Source of the DNA: Tubulanus polymorphus
Taxonomy: Eukaryota; Animalia; Nemertea
Direction of reading: 5' to 3'
Length of the DNA stretch: 64,000 bases
NCBI RefSeq assembly: GCF_964204645.1
Contig: NC_134027.1
Span: forward strand, 10,634,485 to 10,698,484
Shown: positions 35,632 through 48,279 of the stretch, piece by piece
Layout of the letters: every line of letters begins with the position of its first letter
Position numbering within the stretch: position 1 is the first letter of the stretch
Notes under the pieces: generated by a model
What the model saw: the letters and a program-made list of their open reading frames with translations, nothing else
The model's database searches: none
Told to the model about the DNA's origin: nothing
Translations under genes and position numbers: made by a program

Positions 35632-36793
35632 GTTACGGTTTTTTCCAGTTTTCGACAATCTATATAGAAATAAATCTATAAATGCATGAACATGACCACA
35701 TCGATACATTTATTGATAATGAATTTACAAATCAATAAGATGCTCTGACAATGACATAAAATTACGAGTAAATGCAAGTGTTTTTTATCACTCGGCAGCT
35801 TTGGAGAGATGGACATTCCTTCTAGCTAAAACACGGTCACAGAAATACAATTGTATGTAAACTATTGAAATTACAATGAACTGGGTACGTGGTACATTAA
35901 AAATATAATACATTTTGTAACTTACCGACAAATCACTGTTGTTCGCTGGTCGGATTGGTTAGAAATGATTTTATAAGTTTTTATTTTACATTTTAAATCA
36001 CGGCAACACATGTTAATTTAGAAATACAATACATATTGATTGCAGCTTTTGTTAAATTTGAACTTGAGTCCTTGCAGCTGACTGTTTTTCTCGGCATGTA
36101 TCCGTTTTCTTTTCTGAGTGTTCCCAAGCAAAGATTTCAAAGGACAATTTTTTTCTGAATGATAATGGAATGTTGTTTTATACAGCTTCATGCCTTAGGC
36201 TGTAACATATATTGTTAGATCTTGGCAAATCACTTCAAGTAACTCGGCTGGTCGGTGTTTTTGTTTTTAATTATTTTATGATTGTCTATGATTATTTTAT
36301 GATTAATCTATCTTTTTACATAACCTCCTCAGAACGCCATCATAAATCTCTGACGACATCAAAAAATAAGTGAAAATGGGAAGTGCTTGAGAGTAAAAGT
36401 TTGTAATAAGTAAGTATGTAAGACCACATATAGATGTCTATTGAGCCTGAAAACTTCAAAGATTAGAATTTGTAAGAACTTTTGAATGGGATGAGCAATA
36501 ATTCAAGTTGAATTATCGGGAAGACGATATAATATCAATGTTTATAACTTCACTAGCGCGCATTGTTGCATTAACTTTATATGTAAATGAGTGATATCAT
36601 AAATTAGCTAATTATCAGCCGAGTTCATCGATATTTTTACTTTGTTTCTATCTTAATCCAATCCAGAGATATGAACGAAATGAAAAAATTTATTTTCTGA
36701 ATACCAACCACGAACCGTGGCTAAAATGATTCTCAAACTAATGTGCCGAACACACAGAATTTGAAATTATGTCTGTGAAATTTTAGGGCCCCT

Positions 36794-38655
36794 GGCCCCG
36801 ATTTTATGGACTGGTTTTAGCTTTAACCCACGGGTTAACGCAATAAAGAAGTTTCCAGTTTCTAGGCGCCATTTTGTGGCGGTCCCTCGAGGTCCCTATT
36901 GTTGCGATAATTTGCGCTCAATTTTAAAATATAAGTTTAGTTTGAATATCATATAGTTCTGCAGTCCCTTGCTCGACGAAATCAATTTATACACCATTTT
37001 AAAGGAAATGAAATGCAGATATTTGCTGGCGATTCTTGGAATTTTTGAACGCAACAATTGAGAACAGTGACGATGTGAAACCAAGGACCGCATATCTTAA
37101 CCGTGCGTAAAAGAAATCGCAATATTTATTAATTTTAAAATATCTAAGTATCTCTTAAAGCTATATTTCCAATTTTCACAGAGGTTAAAGAGGGTTATTT
37201 GCAGTTAAAGCCTGCGTTGAACTTTTTAAATTATCTTTCCTGACGACTGATCTGTACCCGCTTGAGTTTGAGATTACGCGCAAAAGGGGTCTCCCACTGC
37301 GCACCGCCATTTCACTGAACACTTTTGTGAAAAGAAATCGCAAAAATGAAATTTTATTCTGGTTTGTAATTATCAATATTGCTTCTGATGGTTATATATT
37401 ACCTTTATTTTCGTATGGTTGAAAATGGACTTTGAGTGTTTTGATGAATTCGAGTTTTGTAGCGTTGGGAAATTAAAGGATTTCTTGTTAGAGTGGGGAC
37501 TTTCTGTGTTGGTTGCAAATGTGGCCTAGTTGAGAACCTAATTTGCGTTTCAACCGAATGTACCACTCATGGTTGGACACTAGAAAAAAATTCTAAGTTT
37601 ATATATAGTTTTGAATATGCGGCGCAGCTGAAAGTTGCCAAACTGGACGTTGACCCCCTAAAACAGAATATCAAATGGGGGACAGATATGAACCCCTTTA
37701 AATATTATATTGCAATTTTATATCAGTAAGGTTTTCTGGTCGATGTTTTCCAGCAAGAAGGTTGAGATTCATTAAATTCATCGTATGATCCCAGAATGAG
37801 GGATTACCAGAGAGAGATATGTGTTAAATATGTCCTAAGCGTTTAAATTGACTGGCACATTTCACCATCGACTCTAAAACGTTTGATTTCACCGAACACA
37901 AAATCGGCGCTAGGCTGGACGGGCTGTATACGACAATTCCTCAACTGGGCCGTTCACACTTCAATAGCGGGACAAACCGGATCCCGAAACCAGATTAACG
38001 AATTGCTCCCGCCAAAATACGGTACAAAGAAGATATGGATTATCATCTCAAAATATCCCCATGGAAAATGTGAAGAAATCAAATTGCATTTAAAAATTTC
38101 TTGTCGCAAATCTCAATGTTCAGTGAAATGGCGGTGCGCAGTGGGAGACCCCTTTTGCGCGTAATCTCAAACTCAAGCTAGTACAGATCAGTCGTCAGGA
38201 AAGATATTTTAGAAAATTCAACGCAGGCTTTAACTGCAAATAACCCTCTTTAACCTCTGTGAAAATTGGAAATATAGCTTTAAGAGATACTTAGATATTT
38301 TAAAATTAATAAATATTGCGATTTCTTTTACGCACGGTTAAGATATGCGGTCCTTGGTTTCACATCGTCACTGTTCTCAATTGTTGCGTTCAAAAATTCC
38401 AAGAATCGCCAGCTAATATCTGCATTTCATTTCCTTTAAAATGGTGTGTAAATTGATTTCGTCGAGCAAGGGACTGCAGAACTATATGATATTCAATCTA
38501 AACTTATGTTTTAAAAATGAGCGCAAATTATCGCAACAATGGGGACCTCGCGGGACCGCCACAAAATGGCGCCTAGAAACTGGAAACTTCTTTATTGAAA
38601 ATGAATTAAGTTAGCCCCCGAGTTCAAGTTAAAACCAGTCTATTAAACTGGGGCC
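36794..38655. mobile_element. ~110-bp MITE (GGCCCCG...GGGGCC) split by the foldback element; uninterrupted relatives at ~50986-51095 and ~54941-55050
   Basis: Shared core GTTAAC.CAATTGAAAATGAATT.AGTTAGCCC and CCAGTCTAT.AA among the three loci. Confidence 0.65.
36845..38593. mobile_element. Non-autonomous foldback DNA transposon, ~477-bp TIRs, 2-bp AT TSD (ISL2EU/Pangu-like)
   Basis: 36845-37321 is the near-perfect reverse complement of 38117-38593 (AAAGAAGTTTCCAGTTTCTAGGCGCC...). Empty site CAATTG reconstructed from the related MITE copy at ~51000 gives an AT duplication. No coding capacity seen. Confidence 0.9.
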
Positions 38656-38788
38656 AGTTGCACAGTCGTGACTTAAGTCCAAAAGTGGTCTTAAATCTTA
38701 AGACTGGTCTCAGGTTGTTAGATTAACTATAGAACTAAGTTGGTCTTAGACTGGTCTTAAGTCTAAGCCATGACTGTGCAACCGGCCC
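38650..38788. mobile_element. ~140-bp MITE with GGGGCC.GTTGCACAGTC TIRs; diverged inverted relative at ~6530-6665
   Basis: GGGGCCAGTTGCACAGTC / GACTGTGCAACCGGCCCC; internal TCCAAAAGTGGTC matches reverse complement GACCACTTTTGGA at ~6620. Confidence 0.7.
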
Positions 38789-40262
38789 CAGATGATTAAG
38801 AAGTAACGCGTTAACTAGCCAGATACAAGGACGGGTTAACAGTTGACGAAAATCGCCCCCCTCCCAATCGTCGAACTATCTAACATGTTTGTATGAGTAT
38901 ATTTGAAGGTTTACTTTCGTGAACTATTCGAAATCATCTCGATTTTCGTTTTACAGATGTTATCGACTTTTTTCTACTGAAACCAAATTCGACCAAGAAT
39001 CGTTTTGAGTTCGTTTTACTGATATTTACCGTACAGCCGACTTTTCGATTTAAATCGTAGTGCTTCATTTTTTAGACAGCAGGTCTCTGTAATACGTCTG
39101 CACCCCATTCTGTAAGCCTATCAACATTAAACATTTTGGCCAATATTCCGGTAATAATTGGTTCAAGGTTAATTCAATTAGAAATGGCGTATTACTATTT
39201 AGAAATACACCTAGAAAGTTATGCTTTCGCCAACCCACTATTACAGTGAAAGAATTTGAAAAACATACATCTTACTTCTATTGTGGTAGCTTGAGTAGTT
39301 TGGGTTTTTCTTCATTTGATACACTTAATCAGGAAAATATTTCTGTCGCCAATTTTGGAATAGGAGTTGACATATAAACCATAACGTAATAAGATATAGT
39401 TGAAGTATATTGAAAAGAGTATTTTTGTAGCCTGACGTGTGATAACCCCATTCGAGTCGTTGATGTGACAACAGCTGCTGTGGTGGGAGCGTTGTGACGT
39501 TTCGGATATCAAAATTCAGCTTCGGAAAAAGCGAGCACCTGCAATTAAGGTTAATCAAGCCTGGCGTGAGAAAACAAAACACGATTAGAAAGTTTGGTCA
39601 ATTGCAATGCACCGTACGAAATGGTCATTTTAATTTATGGAATCGTATTCATATAAACCATAAGAATGAATTGGGGTTTTGAATTTTGAAACTAAGTCGT
39701 TGGTAGTTGACATATCCACGCGATACCGGTAATGTATATTCCGTGTATGCATATGGTACAGTTATAATGGTAATTACAGATACGGATCAAAAAGTACAAT
39801 AGATGGTGACTAGAATCCTCAAAATGTGGTGCGTTGTTATAGTATTCATAATACTAAGGTTGATAGATGCAAAAGAACGTATTTTACCTACATGGCAATG
39901 TGTACTTATGCAAAATAGTCATAGTCATAGTAATTTGTGCAGTAGGCTTCAACCAAAAATACGGAGAAGTTTATCAAGGATATCCTCGTTGACAACCAGT
40001 CGCCAGCTACGTCAACGTGATACCATCACTCACTTCCGAACAACGGTCGTTCCCCTAGAGCCGGTGCTCAACTTGTTTACTACTTATAGCGTTACCACTA
40101 ACTAATCCTAAACTTTATACTTAACTCTTATCCTAACCCTAACCCTCTGGACCCTGAATACTTACCCGCTAGGCCCCAATCCCGGTTGAGAAAACCGCCA
40201 TTCTGTTTTTGAAGTGCGCCATGACACCTCGCAGACCAGATAAACATTCTTAAAGCAGCAAC

Positions 40263-40425
40263 CAAGGCCAAATTTGGTTTTTGTATCTAGTCGGCTATAG
40301 TGGTTGGAACTAATAACCGAATGTGCTTATTTTCTGAACTTTATCCGGAATGTTCCGACTAACTTACGTTCGGTTTCACGTAGTTCGACTATAGTCGACT
40401 AACTCCGATAACCGAAGTTCGCCCA
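40263..40425 (-). mobile_element. ~160-bp MITE family copy (GTCGACTATAGTCG core)
   Basis: Reverse-complement match to 46397-46557; partial third copy at ~22820-22903. Confidence 0.75.
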
Positions 40426-43400
40426 CGCCACGCGACAAAATATAGGCATACATCTTTCGTGCGTAATTCCCATGAAATGTACGTATCAAAACAAAAGCTG
40501 AACGAGATAAATTCGTTTTTGTAATCATATCATTTTTCTAAATTCCTAAACGTGGTTAGCACATGTGTTAGTGGTAAATGAGTTATGAGCTACGTATGGA
40601 AAGTTTGTAGGTTCGACATTTTCTCAATCGGCCTACTCAATGGGCGCGATGAAAAAATCCTTGCGAATTCAAGAGCTGATCATTTGGTGTTACCGATACA
40701 AACTGTTCGTAAATTCATGGCAGAATCGCGATTTTCGAGTTGTAACTAATGTATCAATCGGGAGCGGTAGTGACTCTGGGGTGTTCATAATTTCGCCAGA
40801 AATGTCGTGATGTAATTGAATACAATTTCGATATTTATCGTCGACTATTTGTGTGCGAAATTACGGACGAACTATCACCAATTAAATAGTCACCAAGTAT
40901 AATTTCCTATGTAGTATATACATTCATCGGTCGCTATTTATGTTACAGGAATACTAGCGATACATACGTATCCACGATATCCGACGCGTTTTCAACTTTT
41001 TCACCACTATACGTATTGTCATTTTTCATCGTGTTGTAGCCTAAGTATTTTTTAACTATCTTTCAACGGATTTCTTCATATCTCACTCAATGAATAGTGT
41101 GGCAATCAAGTCTCGATCGAAGGATGAGTACAACGCGTAGGCCTACTAACAGACGGAAACCCATTTTTACACAAGTTGAAAACTTGTCTAAACATACGTA
41201 AGCAGAGTTCTGTCATGAGTATAGGAACAGAGAGAATGCTTTGCGGATCGAATGATATAGGTAGGGGCATACTTCGCAGATTGGGTATCTTGTTTTCGTA
41301 TATGTATATCATTTTGTATTGTTTAAGAAACGGTCAACAGAACGCGAGCAATTCAGACGGAGATAAATGTAAGTATTCATTTTAATTGATAGAAAGTCGG
41401 GATGATTTACAAATCAGAAAAGTTGTCAACTATACGTACGAAACCAGCCTAATGAACTTCCCGGTAAATAATCCAAAGACCCAACTGAAAAAGTAACGGC
41501 GAGGCCTGGATAAGTGTATATTATATAAGAATGAAGGAATATGTTTCTCATCAATTATATTGAGGCCGGTTTTTATTTACGTGACGTCAGCGTTTTGTTA
41601 GTTTAACCAGTTGTTTGTTGCGTATCCTGGAATAATCTCTCCCGAACGCATATTACTCACGCAATAATAATAAGTGTTTCGCGCGGAATGATTTGCTTTA
41701 CAACCGATGCGGGACCCAGCAACTTTCCCCCGAATTTTCGGATGATGTAGAGTACCATTGGGTTCGTGGCTCGTTCTGCTGATTTTACAGGTAAATACAT
41801 TTGTTTGTATGAAAATTATCGAAAATGCATGCATTTCTGATGGTATGTAGATGGGAGTAAAGAATAAAGTTATTGAAAATGAATCCAGTTCCATTTTACG
41901 TGATTTTTGTGATTGACAAGGTCTGATAACCGAGCACAATTTGGAATGCGAGCGCTGCACGTTATGTAATGACATATAAATAAGCGTGAAGTGTAAGTGA
42001 GATTCTACAAATGGAAATGTTAGAACCAAGCCCAGTCCTACGGGATGTCTTATATTTGTAAAGAAATCTGTTGAAACGTGACAGCTAACATACCGTAAGC
42101 ATAGTTACCCGGCATTGGTCAAAATTGGGATTTCAAAGCACAGGTATAACCGAATCGCCTTATCTAGGATTTTGTGTCGTATTCAGTTAGTACACTGGTA
42201 ATATCTTTTTAATGTTTCTAGAAGGGGGGCGTGATCCAGGCACCTGAAATCCTCCCTTATATACGTCTCTGCAGAACCTTATGGTTACGTAATTAAAAAA
42301 CGGGAGGGGTTTGACTCAACCACAGTTAAACAAATATCGTGCAGCAAATGAATCACCTCTTATGACACAGCATGTTTTGGGATGGGTAGAATTGGTATAA
42401 ACTATAGTAAACGCGCCGGGTTGTGTTGGTCTTACAACCATCCGATGTAAAGCCGCGTACGATATCGAATTGGGCTGTTCTTTTTGAGTCATTTCGTGTA
42501 TATTCAAATGTTTGAACTGCGCCGGTCGATGCAAATAAGTTTTCTCTCATCAGCCGCAATGAATGTAATGCGGTTAATCAACCAATCAAAACGATAACAA
42601 GTTATTTTGTTTCCAGCGTGGGGGGCTTGCCCGCGAACGAGAGATAATTTTCTAATTCTAGCTAATTCAGTCGGAGTTCATCGCTTTGTTTATTTGACGT
42701 ATAGTTTTTGCCTAACACGTGGAAGCCCTTCGTCTGACACCTGCACGAAGGATGGGTAACGATCTTATAACCTATCTTCGGAATTCTATCTGAAAAAAAA
42801 CGTAATCGATCGAGTGTTTACCCGTGGTTAAGTGGCTGATTTTCATTCGATTCGATAGCTCAGCGAGTTTCTACGCGTTTCCTAGCTAGTCTGATCGAGA
42901 ACGGATATAGCTCGCTAATTCACGGGCTTTGTCATGGCTTAACCAGTGGATGATCCACTAAACCATGGACGAGAAAAGTACAAGAGAACTTACCCAACTT
43001 TTGAACGAATAAAAACTGAACTTTAAGTTCTGTAGCACGTAAGTTATTACTATTCGAAAAAGCTAAACGGCTATATTTTGAATGTATTTTTTATAACTTT
43101 TACGCGGTTTTGTTCGTTGACGTTTAAATGAGGTCGTGCGTAATTTGAAACAATGCAATGAAAACAAATTGCCGCAACACCACTTAGCCTGGTTTGATAT
43201 TTCTATATTTGAATGTGCGCTTCTATGTACATAATTTCGGGCAGTTCGCTAATGTCTCATTGCGTCTCTTAATAGCCATTATTAAGGTGGCGGTATCGCC
43301 AAATGAGCACAATGCATAAAAATGAAAATCACTGGCGTCTCGTCACAGGTATTCATCATTTTCGACACGGAAAAAAGGAGGGGGAAAAAAACCAAGAGAC

Positions 43401-44538
43401 AAAATGTGTGTAAAAATAAACAGGTTCGAATGGAGAAGGAAAATCTTGGAATATGACCCGTCAATGCAAATAGTTCAATGGTGGTTTATGATATACCTTT
43501 GGGGTACGTTTACGATGAGTCAATATAATAATATCATATCTCTATTATAGCTTGACCTAAGCATGTCATATTTCCGCATATATATCTTTTGTGCGCAAAA
43601 CGACTATCCGGCCAATGCAAACCCGTAATGTATGTCTAAGCAAATAGCGAACATATCCAGGATTAAAACAAAGTGCGAGTATTTTGTCAGCGGTTTTTTA
43701 AGAATGTTTGATCGATTCAGTTTGCAGGGGGCTGTATCGTCCTTTGATTCGACGTGTCAAGCAACGAAAGGCCATTGTTAAAGATTATCAATTAAATGCT
43801 TCACTCGGCCTTTGCCTGTCATTTTTGCGATCGTATCTGTCAGTCACATTTGCATTGCATTTCACTGTGCGTGTATTTTGGATTATCATTTGTGATCGAT
43901 TAGGTACTTAACTCATTTATCTATTCTTAATTAAACTTATCAATCAGTGTTAAGGTTCGTAACCGCCAAACCGCCACTCTTTGTTACAATTAGTGTTTAT
44001 TAATGTATAAACTATTATTGTATTAACGTATTAATGTATAAACTCTTATAAACTATTTTCACCAGACTCAGTTGTGGACCCTCGTATACGAAGCTCTTGA
44101 CCGAAGTCAATGAAATATCTTGCCAGATGACGTCGATTATATTTACGTCGACATTTTGAAGTAGTGGCGCATGTATTTTCAATCAGATAGCGCAGATATG
44201 GAATAAGTCTTGACGACGAAGAGGTCAAATTATTTTTGCACGAATTGGCAACTATACTCTCAAATAAGTTAAATACCACAATTACAAATTGGATTAAATG
44301 AGTTCATTTAAACAACTTCTTTCACACATTTTATCCGAGTCATTGTGGGTTTTAACTTATTTGAGTAGGCTTCAATTTGTGGACTTTTATTCACGCGTGA
44401 TTGTGTTTCGAAAATTTATTCAACTATTTTCAAGTTCCTTTTCATACGCATTAGAGATTGATTCAGAACAGTAACTTTTCGTTTCTTTTTCAGTATCGGC
44501 CTTGTTGAATCTTGATTGACACCGATGGTTTTTAGCGT

Positions 44539-46169
44539 ATGATGGAAAATTTCAAAACTACATTGCGGAATGAATTCCGCTTGGAGAAGTTATTTTTCAC
44601 CCATTCGAACCAAGAAGATTTCTACAAGAGTCAGGTCGGTGCAATCCATTTGACATCGAGGTTACGGAAGATCCTTGAAAAGCCTGAAAATTACTATTTT
44701 ATCATCAATGTTTGAATACTGGACGTAATAATATTTAGTCTGCAGCATCGTAAATAAATGTGGGCACTCCATTTCATTTCCTGATAGCAACTTAATAAAT
44801 TACACTTGCTTCCATTAAACGCAGTAAAATGCGGATATGTATAGGTTAGCGAAAAAATTATAACGATGCTGTGCCTACTAAACATATCAAGCTCCCATCA
44901 ATCCGCAACATAACAGTTTAACAAATATAGCTTCGATCGTTCGAGCTATCGAAAACAGGCTATAAACTATATCATTTTAATATGTCATAAACTGACTTTT
45001 TAAAGTATACCATAAACTCAGGACTCAGTTCGATAGTTGCCAGTTAAAACATTAGAAATATGAACTGAATTATTTTCTTTATCTTAAAGTAGGGATTGAC
45101 CCTATTATTCATTTGATTGTTAGATTTCGTTTGGTTTGTTTTGATTTAGTGCCCCATACAAACCCACCACATCTGCCGGGAGCGAAGCAGGGGGTTTGAT
45201 TTTGAAAACGGAAATCGAAGTATTGCAGATATAGTTGCGTGGATCTACAATTCTAATTACAGGGTCAAACTTAACCAAGAACTGTGGGGATTTTTCTAGC
45301 AATGAGCTCTATTTTTCTCATTTCAGTGGTTGGAATGTCATCCAGTTTTGTTTTTGGCGCTGAGGGCCGCCTTTGCCTTGTACCAGACGATCGTTTACAT
45401 TTATTCGGTGGCCGCGGAACCGTGGAAACCGGGGCCGACCAGGCGCCACTTTAACCTCGCATTTATCACGCGATGGACGTACGCGTTGTTGACCGCCTAT
45501 CAGCTCGTAGCGTTTGTCGTGGCGCTGATCGGTTTTTACAAATCGCGCGAGCGGCTGCGCCAGAAACGACAACGACCACGACGCGACGCGCCATCGAATG
45601 AGGAAAATCAGACGGCAACATCCGGCATGCTCGAGATAGAGAAGCCGAACGCGGTCGGCTGCGACGATCAATCGAAAAAACCACTAGTTAATCAGGGGTT
45701 AATCAAATTACATTGGCTGTTGTACGAAGCGACGTTGAATTCCTCGTTTATCATCTCACTAATGTACTGGGGGTTCGTTCACAAATCTGAACCGTTTAAA
45801 TTTGACACGTACGCTGCCCACGCGTTCAACAGCGTCATGATGGTCGTTGATTTCTCGGTGAACGCGGTTCCCGTTAGACTTCTTCACGTTGTGTACACGA
45901 TGGTTTTCTCGACCGTTTACGTTATATTCACCGTCATTTACTTCGCGGTCGATCCGGAAAACAACGTGCTCTACTTGGGCGTGTTGGACTGGCGTCGACC
46001 GGGAAAAGCCACGGTGGTTTGTTTGTGCCTGGTCTTCCTGGTGGTACCTTTGTTTCAGACCTTCTGGTTCGTCTTATATCGCATAAAGTTACTCGTGACG
46101 AAAATTCACAATCGCTCGAAAGAAAATGCTAAATCGAATGGCCAAGTGCATAACGATACTCGGCAATAA
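44539..46169 (+). CDS. Rolling stone-like multi-pass membrane protein, 2 coding exons, ~312 aa
   Basis: Exon 44539-44634 (MMENFKTTLRNEFRLEKLFFTHSNQEDFYKSQ, GT donor) splices in phase 0 to 45327-46169 (WLECHP...FITRWTYALL...KLHWLLYE...MYW...HAFNSV...PVRLLH...Y.GVLDWRRPG), motifs recalled for the rolling stone/AIG1-like family. Confidence 0.85.
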
Positions 46170-46396
46170 CAATGGCCATACATTATATGTCTGAAAAAAC
46201 CAATGAAATGTCCTTCCTCGTTCGTGAAAAACGTTGTCATCTTAGGGGCCAAATAAGTCTGAAGATAGTTCATCTCATCTATCGGAATAGTGGCCCGTTC
46301 GACGATTCTTCTGAGCGTGTAACAAAGTCAAATCACAGTTATTACGCGCTCATGGTGCTCTCGATAGGACCACGCAGCCTATCGAGCTCCTACAGC

Positions 46397-46557
46397 CAGG
46401 GCCACCTTCGGTTATCTGAGTTAGTCGACTATAGTCGAACTAAACGAAACCGAATGTCCGTTAGTCGGAACCATATTCCGGATAGTTCGAAAATCAAGCG
46501 CATTCGGTTATTAGTTGACCACTAGCCGACTAGATACGAAAACCGAATTTGGCCCTG
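46397..46557 (+). mobile_element. ~160-bp MITE with CAGGGCCA...TGGCCCTG ends, downstream of the rolling stone-like gene
   Basis: 8-bp TIR with hAT-like CAGGG start; no TSD recognisable; other copies at 40263 and ~22820. Confidence 0.75.
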
Positions 46558-47337
46558 GGCGTCGTATTTCACCTATAAGTATCAGCAGAAAAGTGAAATT
46601 AAACAGTACTGAAAGCTACACAAAGAGCGCATTACGAATGACCCGTTACTGTTCGAAGCAATTATGATACAGACGGAATTTGACCTGTTGCGAATATTGT
46701 TCGAAGCGCATATTATAACATATAACCATCTCGACCAATTGCCAATTCATGAAGAGGATCGTACCTAATTGCTCAATTGTTTAATCATTTTGATGTTATT
46801 TAGATATGTTTCATTCGTAGGTTGATTATCAATAGACACACATATTTCAACAGGTCGCGTGATAAACTACGTACGTAGTTACATGTATCCGGTTATTTTA
46901 CCCATTTCATGGGGGAAACTCACGAAAATGGTAGCACACAAAATGAGGCATTTCTCAGAAGCATTTTACACGGGAGGAAATTATTTGAATTCCTGAGTTG
47001 TTGTGTGTATATCTGTCACGTGTCGCTTCGACGGGAAGGTTTACTGTACATGTATACATTATGCAGAGTTTATATAACATCACCAGATTACCAATTTTAA
47101 ACAATGAAATAAATTTCGTTTTTATTGCAGAATGACATGCTTTTTATCCGATCATTTCTGCATTTTTGACGCAGAGTTCTACTCTACAACTTACAAGTTC
47201 TACTGACTCGAGAAGAAACAAGTTGACTGTATTGTCAGCCCGAAAGTGACATTTTCGGATTCACGACAGAAATGCTCAGTGTACATACTCATCTCTTCGA
47301 CTGGAAGTTATGAATGGAAAGGACAGTATCACAAATA

Positions 47338-47525
47338 ACCCCTGTGAAGCTGGCTACCGGTTCCCGGTTCCCGATTCGGCTCCCGATTCAAAAACATTTT
47401 GAACCGGGAGCCGAATCGGGAACCTGGAACCAGTAGCCGGCTACCGGTTCGGCTCCCGATTCAAAATGTTTTTGAATCGGGAGCCGAATCGGGAACCGGG
47501 AACCGGGAGCCAGCTTCACAGGGGT
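47338..47525. mobile_element. 188-bp palindromic MITE with 9-bp TSD (Mutator-like)
   Basis: Ends ACCCCTGTGAAGCTGGCT / AGCCAGCTTCACAGGGGT; perfect direct repeat TCACAAATA at 47329-47337 and 47526-47534. Confidence 0.9.
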
Positions 47526-48279
47526 TCACAAATATGCTATCTTTACATCCTACGCAAATATTTTGTATACAATGCGTATTAAAAAGCTACGGAAATAGTA
47601 ACATAAAAATCTAGATCAATTCGATCATACCGAGCTGTCGTATCGGGCGAAAATACACCGTACTTTTGTTTATAATCATAACGGTCATTAGATGTAGGGG
47701 ACGCGGGATAATCGACGTGTTATACGTTATGTCAAATTACGCAATAAACTGCGGCTAGAATAGCAATCTGTTCACGTATGAACATGGAAAATACCTCGGA
47801 AAAATTTTGCGAATAATTTTCAATGCGATATTGCATAAATTATCTCCCGCGTATGACAGACTATGTGGGAATCTGTACGAATGGACCTACAGCGACACAG
47901 CTCCCCGACGAGGCGTTCAGTGATTGGCTGTGTATTGTGTTTACACAGCAGAACAAAATGGCGGAAACTCTCTTGTGAAAAATCGATTCAATAAAGGTTT
48001 ATTGCTTACGTAACAAAATAAAAAATCGGCGCTATGGAATGGCGTCAAATCCAATTAAAACTATTGAAATCTTTACAATTCATACTATGAAATACGCGAT
48101 AGATTCATTTAAGCGGAAAACCCGTTATCGCTGTCGTAACATATTTATCCTATATATCAATTTCTTTACATTGCGACAACGAGCAATATTACGCAATATT
48201 AACACAAATATAAAAGTTCTCCAACCCAATGAATATGCGTTTCGGATCGTTGCATTGGTTAAATGTTGAAAGTAATGCG

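Noticed and set aside
40555-40625. tRNA-like A/B box sequence (TAGTGGTAA...GGTTCGAC)
   Set aside because: Cannot be folded into a cloverleaf; at most a decayed SINE head.
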